Below are positions 40,961 to 55,890 of a stretch of 64,000 bases of DNA, piece by piece (the first letter of the stretch is position 1; the number at the start of each line of letters is the position of its first letter). The translations under genes and the position numbers were made by a program. This stretch comes from the human T2T-CHM13v2.0 reference genome, Homo sapiens, in assembly GCF_009914755.1 (NCBI RefSeq), contig NC_060925.1; one strand, written 5' to 3'. The notes beneath the pieces were generated by a model. The model saw only the letters and a program-made list of their open reading frames with translations, did no database searches and was not told where the DNA came from.

Positions 40961-42747
40961 TGTCCTTCTCCTCTCTCCATCTAACTCGGTAGAATTGTAT
41001 ACTCCTGACACTTTATTTTTAAGTAGAAAAGTATTTTAATCTGTCACTGGCCATACAGCCAAAAGTGAATGTGCCACCTCTCCCTTTTTTCAAGGACTCT
41101 TTATCTTACAGAGTTGTTTTGAAAATCACAGAAGACATAATGAATGGAAAGGGTACTAGAGAAAAAGAAAACAGTCTTCAGTAATTTCTAGGATTAGGGA
41201 ATTTTCCTTTCTTTTAAATCATTCTCTTTACTCTTCAGGTTTATTTTTCTCATCAGCTCATTGTCTCAATACATGTAATATCTCAGCTGATCTGTGAAAT
41301 GAATTCAAAACTTTCAGACTGAAAGTGTAGATGCAGGAATACACTTTAAAGGTGCAACTTCCTGTGGCTGCTCATTTTTATTCTCTGCTTCTTGGACAAA
41401 ATAGGTTTGGTGATTACACACCAGGCCTTGGGGCTGGGAGACATGAATATCCTTGGAAAGGGTACAGGATGAGCCGAGCCTTTAGAGACAGAAATAAACC
41501 TCACCTGTGTGAGACCCTGCAGGTGCCCCCTGCCCTCCTGCACCTACCCTCTCGTGCAGTTCCTCCCCTTCACATGCCTCACAAGCTTGCCTGGGAGCAG
41601 GGGGCCCAGGTCACAGCTCCTCCTACTCTTTTCTCACTGCCGAGATCCATCCTTTAGTAGGCAGGGGGGAGTGACAGTTAAAGACTCTGTGGCTTTCTCT
41701 GCAGTCAGTTGTGGGTGTGACCAAGCGAACGGGTACTTATATATGTTAGTATATGTCATCATGGGGGAAAAGAACAATAATGCTCTACTATCACTGTGGT
41801 GGGTTTTCCTCTCACCCAACTCAGCTCTTCTATTTTAATCTATAATTGTCCCAGCCCTTGCGCCCCTTGCAAATGTCACTGCATTCTTTCCTGCCTCCCC
41901 CTCATTCTCTTCTGTGACTTTTTAAGACTTTCTATGGGGAGGGCTTTAATTTAAGGGGGCTGGATGAATGATGCAGGATGCCTCCTCGCTTCATGTTCAG
42001 GAGGGCTGAAAACCACGTTGCTCAAGTCCAGCATATTTGCCTAAAAGAAACATGTTCTGTCACAAAATATTCTACTTCCTAACTTACCATACGAAATGAC
42101 ATGGAAAAATTTCCCTTTTTTTGGTCCTCTCTTTCATGCTAATACCTGAAAAGGGGAAGTAGATGGAAGTAAAGCAAATTTACATGAGGCTGAGTGCACG
42201 TGATTGAGTTCATCACTCTCCACTGAGAACTCTTCCAATGTGCACTTAGACTCTGTCCCAGTATCAATCCCAAATATGGGTACAATGAGGTGAAGAAAAA
42301 TATTCAGACTGATTCCTTTTGGAGAAGATGCTATATTTATTTGTTTGGAAGAAATACTTTGATAAATTGCTTGAGTTGAATTGTGAGATTCCAGGGCATG
42401 TGCAAGCAATAACACTTGCTCTTCTAATTGTAAGGGTGAGATAAAGAGTACAATGCATTTTGCTTTGAAAAGGAGGGGTGCTAAGAGAGAAAAAAGGGAC
42501 CAAGAGTGACTTGATGGAAGACTGTGGGCTATATGACGTGATACCATCCTTTCATCCCCTACTTCCCTGAAAATCAGAAAAGTTACTATCTTCCAAGTTC
42601 TTGATGGGAATGAGATATATATATATTTGCAGAAATCTGAGGAGCTGAGTGTGTCTTGTCAGCACAGATATGGAGTTGAAACAGAAACAGTATATTTAGA
42701 GGTTGGAGATGGAGGCAGGAAATATGACAAGAAAGGAGGAGTCTCTA

Positions 42748-42843
42748 AGAATTTGCAGAAACTAGAGAGCTTGCAAAAACTAGAATTTGCAGAAACTAGG
42801 GAGGAATTTGCAGAAACTAGAGAGTTGCAGAAACCAGAGTTTG
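42748..42843. repeat. degenerate minisatellite: 5 copies of a TTGCAGAAACTAGA-like core with 15-21 bp period
   Basis: atttgcagaaactagagagc/ttgcaaaaactagaa/tttgcagaaactagggagga/atttgcagaaactagagag/ttgcagaaaccagag. Confidence 0.85.
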
Positions 42844-44374
42844 ACTTTACAAAGGCTGTGGAATTTGAGGCTTTAACCTAAACCTGGAGGTCAGAGAGAC
42901 AGGTTATGACCATGAGGTTGCAGGAGGAAGGTGATGTGGTTATCATAAAGAACTGCAAAGCCTCTTATCTGGTGCAATACAACTTAGCTACTTCACAGCA
43001 GCTTGATTAGGCCCATCTCCCTTTTCTGCCAACTCTTTTTGCTTGCTGACTGTTGTACTGAAACTCTGGACAACTTGCATTGTCAGTGCTTATATGTGCT
43101 AGACAAATACTGGGTGTTTAATCCTTTCAGACTCCAGGACTCAAGGAGTTCCTTGACCACAGAAAACCTTGTAAGTATGTGTGTAGCAGTGAATCTATAC
43201 ACAAGCCAAGGTCTTGTCTCTTGAAACCAGAACCAGTGGCCTTCATCAAATCAAGGTACTCTCTACTTATGAGAGAAGTCTATGTGCAAATTTAATTTTG
43301 AATATTATATAAATTGAATCACATTTTATATGTGCCATAAGCTAACTCTAACCTTGAGAAAATGTTTGGAATTAACAAATACTCTGAATCTGGATCTTTA
43401 AATTCTTAGATTCTGAAGAGATTTCATAAGAAACAAAGTATGAAAAAAATAAAACTCATCTATTAATAACTTGAAACAGCAGGTGACTCTAATCTGGTAA
43501 TCAGAGAGAGGACCCACATCATAAGCAATATTCACATAGTTATTTTGTAGACATGGACTAACATTAATTCTATCCATTTTATAAGACTATTTTTAAATAA
43601 CAAAAATAAAATAATAAAGTTAAGGATTTATGTATACATTAAATTTAAGAACAAATGTGTAGATCACTTCCAGTCAATACAGCAAATGAAACTGATGTAT
43701 ACAGATCCCCTCCATTTCAAGTACATTGAAGTGCTGAGTAAAATATAAGATAATACGATACAATGTGAAGTAATTAATTTCTGGATTCAAAACTAGGGAA
43801 AGGAAATCTGGAGGTGCTAGAATAGAGAGTGAACTTAAAGACTGAACAGTGTGCAGGAGCTGGAGCTGAATAGGGCACAGCACCCAGAGAAGCAGGTGTA
43901 GACCTTACAAGTGGGGTGAGGGCTGTGATTTTCATGGGTGGAGAGACAGCAGGAGGTCTCAGCCTCCTATAAAGTGAGAAGTTGAAAATGACCTCTTTGC
44001 ACAAAGCCAGACAGAGCAAATGCCCCATCCACAAAATAGACTGGAAAATATCTGTTTGACAGTCTGGAACAAGCGTGCCAGTGGGTCACATATTTTGGGA
44101 AGTGTATTGAAAAAGGGTGACCTAAGAAAAATCAAAACGTTAAACCTCTGTTGGGAGAAGGTATACAAACCTAATTTATACTACCTGTATGGTGTTGAAA
44201 CTGTAAGCAAAGAAACCAACAGTAACAACAACAAAAAATCTCCACAAATCAAAAAATAGTGAAACTAGTGGGATACCAGCAAAGGCCAATGTGACACTGT
44301 TCCATGAGGACCTCTTTACCACAGACAGCAAGAGAGGGCGCTCCTTCAGAAGAAAGCATAAGTCAGAAAGTTCA

Positions 44375-44897
<523 letters not shown>

Positions 44898-44899
44898 TG

Positions 44900-45625
44900 A
44901 AGTAAAGGATATAAAGAAAAAAATTAGAAAGAGCTAAACAAACATATTGAGAATGATAATTTAAAGAAACCTCAACAGACAGATTAAACATTAACTAGAC
45001 ATATTTGAAAAGAAAATAGGCAAATAGGAATTTAGCTCTGAAGAAATTAGTTAGAATACAGAACAGGTAAGGAAAATGTGGAAAATGTAGAAGAGAGGTT
45101 AAGAAAGATGGAAGATAGAATGAGAAGGTCCAACATATTTCTAATAGGAGCTCCAGACAGAGAGACTAGATGCAATAAAGGAGAAGAAATATCAGTGATG
45201 ATGGCTGAGAATTTAACAAAACTGATGAGAGATGAGTTTTCAGATTGAAGAAATGCATTCAGTTCCAAGCAGAATGAATTTAAAAATTTCTACACCCAGA
45301 CATATTGTAGTAGAAGTGGAAAACATCAAAGACAGAGGGAAAATTCTTAAAAGCTACTAGAAAGAAAAGATACATTTCTTAGAAAATAACAAAAAATTTC
45401 ACAAGCAACGATTTTTTATAAAAACAATAAACACTAGTTGATATCTGTATTAGGTAATTCTTGAAGCACTATAAAGAAATACCTGAGGCTGGGAAATTTA
45501 TAAGAAAAGAGATCTAATTGGCAGGCTGTTCAGGAAGCACAGTGGCATCTGCTTCTAAGGGGGGCCTCAGGAAGCTTCCAATCATGGCAGAAGGCAAAGG
45601 GGGAGCAGGCACATAATGTGGCAAG

Positions 45626-45663
<38 letters not shown>

Positions 45664-46100
45664 GAGAGAGTGTTTGTGGGGAGAGGTGCCACACACATTT
45701 AAACAATGAGATCTCACCAGAATTCACTATCATGAAGACAGCACCAAGCCATGAGGGATCTGCCCACATGATCCACACATCTCCAACCAGGCCCACCTTT
45801 GGCATTGGGGATTACAATTCAACTGAGATTTGGGCAGGTACAAACATCCAAACTATATCAATATTATAAAAAGATGTCTTCAAAATGAGAATAAAATGTT
45901 TATGTCAACCTGGAGTCACACGGTTACATAAGCATACAAATGTGAGGCAAATAGTGACATTTTCAGAGATACAAAAACTTAATTTCCTAGTTACTTCAGT
46001 GAAAGAACTAATAAATATTACTCCTGGAGAAAAAAAATTAAACCTGAAGGAGGGATTGGGATGTTAGGAACAACTGAGGCTAAAAAACTGGTGTTATGCA
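44900..46100 (+). mobile_element. old L1M ORF1-region remnant, interrupted by the MST LTR
   Basis: A-rich ORF1-like sequence (atggaagatagaatgagaaggtccaacata; gatgatggctgagaattt; ctacacccagacatattgtag). Confidence 0.65.
45446..45860 (-). mobile_element. MST-family MaLR solo LTR (MSTB-like) with internal (GA)n
   Basis: TG...CA ends (tgtattagg ... aactatatca); core ggcctcaggaagcttccaatcatggcagaaggc; 5-bp flanks ATATC/ATATT as a near-perfect TSD. Confidence 0.9.
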
Positions 46101-46841
46101 GGTAATTCCAAATTAAGTACAGATGTACAAAAGGGATTAATTATTTTTAAGACAAATGGTTAAAAACTAGGTAGAACTAAAATATTATACTGTGATGGCA
46201 CAGAAGATGGAACTTTTAAGACTAGAAGTAAAAGTTCTAAAATTCTTGTCTTAGCAGGGAGGACTATAGAGGATTCACTAATATGTAGATTTTCTTAAGC
46301 CAATATGCTTGTTGAATAAAACAAATAAACAAAACAAGTGTCTCTCTCCCTCAATGGGTAAAAGATTTAAACAGCTACTTCACTAAGGAAGACATAACGA
46401 TGACAAATAAGCACATGAAAAGGGGTGTGATCAGTAGCTATTAAGAAAATGCAAATTGATACCACAATGAAATACCACTACCTACCTAATAAGTGGCTAA
46501 AATTAAAAAGACTGACCACATCAAGTCTTGACAGGAATGTAGAAAAACTGGAACTCCGACACATTGATGGTGGTAATATAAATGGTACGACTTTGGAAAA
46601 CAGACAATTTTTAAAAAGTTAAACATGCACCCACAATATAATTCAGTGATTCCACTTCTAGGTTTTTGCCCAAGAGAAAAAGAAAATATGTCAATATCAA
46701 TACCTGTATATTTATAGCAGCTTTATTTTTAATAGTCTCAAAGTGGAAAATACACAGATTTCCATCAACAGATGAGTGGTTAAATAATTGTGGTTTATCC
46801 ATACAACAGAATATTACTAAGCAATAAAAAGAAATGAACTA

Positions 46842-47258
46842 ACAATGAGAAAACATGGACGCAGGGAGGGGAACATCACACACCAGGGTCTGTCGGGAAG
46901 TGGGGGTAAAGGAGACCGAGAGCATTAGGACAAACATCTAAGGCATGCGTAGCTTAAAACCTAGATGGCATGTTGATAGGTGCAGCAAACCATGGCACAT
47001 GTATACTATGTAACAAACCTTCACGTTCAGCACATGTATCCCAGAACTTAAAGTAAAATTTAAAAGATAAAAAAAAAAAAGGAAAACAACCTGCAGAAAC
47101 ATTTTGATTACTAATAGGGGAATTTGAATAAAGACTTTTGTATTCAATAATGTTAAGAAATTACTATTAATTTTGTTATGGGTAACAGTATGATTGTGGT
47201 TGGGTGAAAATGTCCTTATTTGTTGTTATGGCAATATATACTAAAATAAAAAAAAAAA
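46842..47258 (+). mobile_element. 5'-truncated L1PA 3'UTR carrying a ~165-bp 3' transduction
   Basis: L1PA 3'UTR 46842-47068, poly(A) 47069-47080, non-L1PA segment 47081-47246, second A tail 47248-47258. 16-bp TSD AAAAAGAAATGAACTA at 46826-46841 and 47254-47269. Confidence 0.88.
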
Positions 47259-47310
47259 GAAATGAACTACAAATACATGCAACAATTCCATGCTCATAAT
47301 AATATCAAGT

Positions 47311-47692
<382 letters not shown>

Positions 47693-48122
47693 CTAAACTC
47701 TAGGAAATGCAAACTAATCTATACTTGCAGAAAGCAAATCATTTGTAGTTTGGGGACGTGGGGGCAGGGAAGGATGAGAAGGAGGGTTATGCATGAGAAA
47801 ACTTTTGGGAGTGATGGATATGTTTATTTTCTTGATTTTAACTTCATGGGTATATATATATATATGTCAAAATCTATCAAATTGTACACTTTATGTGCAA
47901 GTTATTGTATGTTACATCTCAATAAAGTAATTTTAAAAACAAAAATATTCATGTTAAAACGTAAGAATGACCACTAAAAGACTAGAAATAGAATGTATAA
48001 CCTTTAAATTAGTAGAGGGAAACTAAGACAGTAAATATGACTTGATTCACCCAATGAATATGGGACAAGGGGGAAAAAATAGAAGAAATCATGTCTAAAA
48101 GAAAAAGTAAGATGGTGTAAAT

Positions 48123-48335
48123 CTGGGGTCAGCAAGCTTTTTTGTAAAAGGCCAAATAATAAATTATTTTGGCTTTGTAGGTAATATCCTTATTGCAACG
48201 ATTCAGCTTTACTGGTTGAAGGATAAAAGCAACCATCCTAGATGGCTGAGAGTGGCTATGTTTCACTAAAATATTATATACAACAGCACACGCTGGGCTA
48301 CATTTTTCCCATGGGCCATAATTTGTCAGCTCTTG
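48123..48335. mobile_element. MER58A-like hAT-Charlie element
   Basis: ctggggtcagcaagctttttt ... gggccataatttgtcagctcttg terminal repeats; ~210 bp. Confidence 0.7.
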
Positions 48336-48798
48336 ATATAAAAAATGTTTGTCAATAATCACAATATAAATAGAGTAACCCTATCTATTAAAAGAGTAGA
48401 TTAAAAATTCAGCTATTTGCTACTTACAAACACACTTTTAAAAACGTAATGATAAAAATAAGTTGAAAGACAAAGATTGGAAAAGACGTGCCAGTAACCT
48501 AGCAAATAAAAGTCTAGAAAACAATAGCAGTCTAGCAACAACCAACATTTCTAGAGCCAGGCACTGTGGTTAGTGCTAAGGTCATGTAGTTGGCAAGTGC
48601 CAAGCTGGAATCCAAGCCACGCCATTTGTCTTCAAAGTCCACATTTTAAAACATCACTGTATTTTGACTATCAAACAAAACTGAATTTGAGGAAAGAAAT
48701 AGTTAAAGGTATACAAAGTGATTTTACTGCATGAAAAGTGGTGGGAAAAGTGTCTAAACATGTAACAGCTGTGAACCCATATGCATCTAATAAAATTG

Positions 48799-48857
48799 GT
48801 ATGCACGTGCATGCGTGTGCGCATGCACGCGTGCACACACACACACACACACACACG
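48799..48857. repeat. 59-bp uninterrupted alternating purine-pyrimidine tract ending in (CA)n
   Basis: gtatgcacgtgcatgcgtgtgcgcatgcacgcgtgcacacac...acg. Confidence 0.9.
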
Positions 48858-50314
48858 AGCATTATATGGAGAAATTGACAAATCCAGAATCATAGTAAGG
48901 AATTTCAACACATCTTTTCCAGATCACGCAGATAAAACATTGCGAAGAAATACATGTATAAAATATATCAGTGCAAGTAACAACCTTGATCTCATATATT
49001 AAAATTTACACTCAACACATAAGAAATATTTATTTATAGAATTATTATAAAAATTGACCACAGAGATAAACATCCCGATCAATTTGGCTATTGTTTTCAT
49101 TAAAGCAATGAGGTACTTAGAAATAAATCTGACAAAATGTTTGGAGAGACGGCATGCCGTATTGGATGAGCACAAGAACTCTGGGACCGAGTTGCCTGGA
49201 TTCAAATTCTGATTGTTATACTTTCCAGATGTGTGACCTTAAGAAAATTAGTTAACCTCTCTGTGCTTAAGTTTCCTTATTTGTAACATGACAATAGAAT
49301 GGGGGAAAATAATTGTTATATTTCATAAGATTGTTGTGAGTCTTAAATGAATTAATGATTTATGAAGTGCTTAGAATAGTGGCTTGGTACATATAAGTGT
49401 TCGTTAAATATATACCTAAACGTGAACAAAACCCACACAGAAAATATTGGAGGATGTAAAAATAAACCCAAATCAAGGAAAGTTAGACCAAGATTTAATA
49501 TTATAAATACGTCTATTCTCCTCAAACTAATGAATATATTCAAAACAGCTTTAATCAAAATATAAAAGTTTTGTTTTATTTAGGCAAAGAGTATCTAAAA
49601 TTCACGTGGAAAGATAGTCAAGAAATCAAGACTAGTTTAAAGGATAACATGAAGAAGATGTTAACAGGCCATACAAATAAAATACCATGATAATAGCACT
49701 ATATTAAATAAAGTCCACAGAATTGAATAGATAGGTCAGAAGCAAACCTAATCACATATAAGACCATGATATATCATAGAAATGTTGTAACAAATAAATG
49801 GGAGAAATAATTGACATTTTTTAGTGTACTCTAAACGTTTTCAGTCATAACCCACAGAAAAAAATATATTTTATTTTATGTTTCAGTACTCAACCAAAGC
49901 ATATGTGTGTATGTGTTCTGTAAACACTGTTTACCTTTACTATATGAAATGTAGTCTAATATTTTCTATATAATTTAGTTTTTTAAAAAATGGTAGTTAC
50001 AATCCACTAATTTAAAAAAAGCCCCATTAATATATTACAAATATAGAGTCTGAAAAATACTGGATTAGCTATAAATGTATAGAGAAAACTACCTTTCCAT
50101 ACTGAAAAATATAAAAATAGATCCTTACTTCATACTATACTTCAAAAAAAATTCCAGATAAAGTGGCTAAATATGAAAAACCTTTCAATCAAAATATAAT
50201 ACTTTGATGTTATACTTTTATGTTACACAATGATAAATGACAAAGAAAAACATCAAATAGTTTGAAAACTTCAATTTAAAACTTCTCCATTACTTCCATA
50301 TAACTAAGAAAATA

Positions 50315-51155
<841 letters not shown>

Positions 51156-52063
51156 AAAATATGTAAAGAAAGACACTATTATCAAATTTACTTTCTCCTC
51201 AACTGATGACATGAACCAATAAATAACTATTGGTGACAATACAAATCCCCAAAAGGCCTTATTGCTGTACATGTTGTCATCAAAGTCCTCAATCGGAGTG
51301 GTGGGGGGTCGGGGGATGGGGCATAAATCTAACAAGGAAACTTGCCCCTCAAGATTGAGAAGAATCATTCCTCTGTTCTCTGTTTAGGTTTGTGTAAGCT
51401 GCAAGGAGGACCTTCAGAATTGGTGTGTAGAAAATCTTAACCCTTTAAGGGTTCTCAAGTGGTGGAGGAGGGGGGTGCAGAGTAGGGAGACGTGTCAGGA
51501 TCACCCGGTGATTTTTTTTTTAAAAAGATTGAGAACCAGTGCTCTAGGCTGACTTTTCCTAATTCTACTTTAACTTCATCATGTTTCATTTGTGTGACCC
51601 AAATATCCATTCTTGGGGTATTTGAATCAATCAACTTCATATGGTGAGTTCAGTCAGTAGTTGTTTATTGAACACCTATATCATGCCTGGCACTGTAGTC
51701 TATTCTGGAGGTATAAAAGTGAACAAGAAACCACTGTTCCAAGGAGCTTAAAATCTATTTGAAAGGAAGCTTAGTGTATAGAGTAACTTATTTCTTCTGT
51801 AGGTTAATCAGATTAATGTTTTAATCATGGACTATTGGAGATTGCATTCTGATTTTTCTTTTTGCCAGAGTGATGATTGATGGTGCTCTGTTCATCCTTT
51901 AGGGCATCAATAATAAAATCAGCATTGCAACCATTCAGTCCTCAGCACAGTCTATGCCCAGCTCAGAGAACATAGAATGCTGCCAGCTATAACTTTTCAT
52001 CATTTTCCTCAGAAAGTTTGAGTATGGCTTGAAACAGAAGTCTTCAGTATTTTATACTCTATT

Positions 52064-52278
52064 AGGGCTGCTGTGTTTAGTTGAGCAGTTTGTACATTGT
52101 ATAAGGGTATCCAGCTGAGGAGGCAGGAGGAAGCTGAAATTCAGCCTAAGCTCTGCTCTTTTAGCCCTCTATGTGACTCCTTCTGCACAGAAAGACACAC
52201 TTTTCCAAGTTGTCTGGCCAGAGGGGATGCCTTTTTATAATTTGCATGAAGATGGCATATGAACTAGTGGGTGGCCCT
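52064..52278. mobile_element. MER91-like hAT element
   Basis: Termini agggctgc ... gtggccct; interior agttgagcagtttgtacattgtataagg. Confidence 0.55.
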
Positions 52279-55139
52279 ACTGACCACAACAATTTCCTAA
52301 TTCAGTACAATCCGCAGAGCATATGTTTACTGCAGAGGTATCATTTGGAATACTAGGGACCACATGTTTATCCCAAGAAAGAAATGACTGAGAAAATATA
52401 TTTATGAAACTTTAAAATGTTAAGACCAAAAAGGATTTTTTAGAAAACAAGTTTAGCCATCTAATTTTCCATGTGTAGAAAATGACTTTGAATTTCAGAA
52501 CTTAACGGAAAGTTGGAGATCATTATGTTTAACTCCCTCATTTCATAGATGAAGAAATCAGTGCCCTGAGAGGAGAAGCAACTTTTCCAGGGGTCACAGT
52601 CACCCAGGTCTCCTAACTCCTAATCCAGTGTCCTTTTGATTTTACTATATTTATCACCACACAGCCAGTTAGTGGCAGAATGAGTGCAGGCCCCAGGCCA
52701 TTGATACAAGTCAAGTAATATCAAGACAGTTTCCTAATTCAAACACAGGCATCTGCCACTAAAACTGGATGGCTAATCTTACCTTCTCCTTGTGAAGCAA
52801 GGAGAATATTGGGCAACCAGGGCATATTTCACCTGTGTCACCTCTGAAGAGCTCCACTTAAGTAGTCATTCTCTCTTCTCTCTGATGTCTCTATATCCTG
52901 TCCCACTTCTGAGTTAGGTGCAGGAACTGTGGTTGCTGTGATTGTACTTTCACATGTAATCCACCAGCAAAGATTGAGAAAAATCACTTTCTCTTCTGAT
53001 ATACTCATTACCCTGTAATCTAGGGAAAGCGGAGGGGGTAATCTAATTATCTTAGTCTTACTCTGAACCTGTTGTGTGTTATTTCCCCAGATGGCCAATA
53101 ATTGGTCTTAGGCAGTGCTTACGTGTGAAGGTGACACATCTCAAGGTGAGCTGTTCTGGTGGGAATTGCTCTCTGGTGGGAGCATGTTCTTACTTCTTCA
53201 GGTTTCAGAGAATTCTGGCATGCTGCCCTTCTTTCCAGAGCTAATGAGGCATGGATAACCATTCCTTTTACAGTTGCTCTGTCTGACATGGATGGCATCA
53301 TTGTCTGGCAACTTGATGAGGTATATATTTTGGAGGTGAATGCATGAGATGTGGGTTCTGATGGCCTACCTCAAGTCCTGGCTTTGCCACATAGTTGGAT
53401 GACTTAGGCCAGTCACTTTATCCTGTCTGCATCTCAGTCTGTTCATGAATACAATGGACATGATCATACCTGCTGTTTTCCCTTACAAGGCTCTTAGGAG
53501 GATCAAATAAGGTAAGGGATGTGCAAGTGCCCATAGTGCCAGAGAGTTCTATAGTGTAAGCATCACTAGGCTCTATAGCGTAAGTCAGAGAGCTGACTGG
53601 GGTGGGGAGGCAGAGAGCAGGGTGGGGAGATGAGTGGGATTGTCTATCACAGGGTCCTGAGGCCCTCTTGGGGATTCCTGGCAATGAGCTTTCGAGCCAG
53701 GGTTGGGAGGGTAGGTGGGAGGTGCGGAGTAGAGGGATGGGGTTGGGGGACTCCTGCCAGGTGGAGAGGCCCCAGATGCAGCCTCAGCTTCCCACAAGAT
53801 CCCTAGGTGCTATCAGTATGGGAATGCAACTCCTGAGCATCTGGTACCCATTCTCAGAACTTTTGCCTCCTACTTCTAAGGCCACTCTCATGGGATCCTT
53901 ATTTTTTAAAAAAGAAGAGCAACAGGGAGTAGGACCTCTCTTGTAGACAGAGAAAAACTAGAGCAAAACTCTTAATGTGTTCAGTTGTGCATGACCAAGC
54001 ATCTCCACAGAGTTTCAAGAGACGGGAGGCTGCATGCCTTATTCCGTGCTGACCCTTCTGTCTATGAATTTCAGCCCACACCGTGGAGTATTTGCATGAT
54101 GTTCACCTGAGCTTCTCCCTTAGTGGGGGCGAGCATGGGACACTAAGAATGGAAGATGAATGTGTGTCTCTGACTATGTGTCTTTGTATTCCAGAGCCAA
54201 AAAATAAATACCCTGCAATGTGCTTGCTTTACGGTGCAAGCTTCCTTTAATTTTTGGTGTCACTCATCAAGTGTTGAGAGTAATAATTATTTATAGTGTT
54301 TATAACTGCTTTTGGCATCATGCTGCTTCAATATTCCTGATAGGGGGAAGGGAAGAGTCCTGTGGAGAGGAGGTGGGTATAAGAAAAAACTGGTTAAGGA
54401 TTTTAGAGCTCGAGGATGGAAGGAACCTTGGAGAACATTTCTTCTCACCTTTTCTCTCTTCTGGTAAGTGGTCCTCCAGACTCTGCCCAAACACATTCAG
54501 TGATGCATAATTTACTGCTTCTCAAGTCAACCTGCTTCCTTTCTGGACAATTGCAATGGGATAAAATAATTTATAGAGTTATGCTGAAATATGCTTTCTT
54601 CTATTTTCAATTCTTTGGTTTTAGTTATATCCTAAAGGTATTGTCTCTCTAAAAGGATCAACCCTACATGACGCATTCAAGAGACATTGTCATAATAGTC
54701 CTACTGTTGCCTATAGGGATTCAATCAGAGTTTCAGGCATGGTAGAACCTGAAATTTCTCTAATAAGCAGTTTTGTAGATACCCTTTATGAGTTATGTTA
54801 GAGGAAGTTTCAGTAGAACCTGCAAAATGGTAAGGAAAGGGAATCCCAGATAGCGGTGGGATCTATAAAATTCAGGAATATTTAAAAAATCCTTAAGACA
54901 ATGTACAAAGGACCCATTTATTGCCCACATATTATGCCAGACACAGTTCTGGCGCTGTGTCTACAGTGGTAAACACAATAGGCAAAGTACCTGCCCTCCT
55001 GAAGCATACCTTTAAATGAGCACAAGACCCCAAATCAAATGAGTAAACTAGTCAGTATCGTAAAGCGATAAACACTATGAAGAAAATGAATAAGGCAATG
55101 AGATAGACAGCAACTCTGTGTTTATCTGTAATTTTGAAA

Positions 55140-55890
55140 TAGGAAAATATATCAGATTATTTTTCTTTGTGAGTTATTCTTTGGGAATATAGTTATGGAA
55201 TCTTTCCCTCACCCAGGTGTAATAAAGATATTCTCCTATGTCTTCCTTGTTTCCCTTCCTTCCTTCTTTCCTTCCCTCCTTCCTTCTTTCCCCTTCTGCC
55301 TTCCTTTCCTTCCTCTTTCCTTCTTTTCCCTTCCCCCTTCCCTTCTTTTCTTTCTTCTTGCATTTAATGTATCAGAAGTCTATTTTTATACATGGTGTGA
55401 GGTAGGAAACTTATTTTATTTTTCTCTGTAAAATAAGCAAAAGCTTCCAGCAATATATTGTGAATAATATACCTTATTCTCATCTGATCATAGTTTATAT
55501 ATACACATACATACACACATATGTATGTGTGTGTATGTAGATGCATAATTTATAAACATGATTCTGAGCTTTCTATTGTTCTCGTTGTTAATCTCTAAAT
55601 TAACACTACTGTGTTTTTTATTATCACAGCTTTATCTTATGTCTTAATATTTGATAGGGGAAACATTTACTCTTGGTTTTTCTTTTCCTAACTTGTTTTA
55701 GCTATCTGTGAATGTCTTTGTGTCATATAAATTTAAAAATTGTATTAGAAAGTTTTGCCCAAAAACTCTGTGGAAATTTTAACTGGAATTGCATTGAATA
55801 GTAGATTGATTTGGGGAAAACTGATATCCTTACAATGTTTGTCATCTGGTTCGTAAATATTTGCATCTTTTTTGTCCTTTAATAGAGCCA
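55140..55890 (-). mobile_element. old L1M fragment (apparent donor of the 38-bp insertion at 58853)
   Basis: tggtgtgaggtagg ... gtcttaatatttgatagg ... ggaattgcattgaatagtagattgatttgggg antisense L1M ORF2 motifs. Confidence 0.65.
55243..55359. repeat. polypyrimidine (CCTT/CTT)n low-complexity tract
   Basis: About 115 bp that is almost entirely C/T. Confidence 0.85.

Noticed and set aside
42748-42843. Repeat-spacer pattern as a CRISPR-like array
   Set aside because: Linkers are only a few nt and related to each other, there are no cas genes, and the context is primate DNA; it is a minisatellite.
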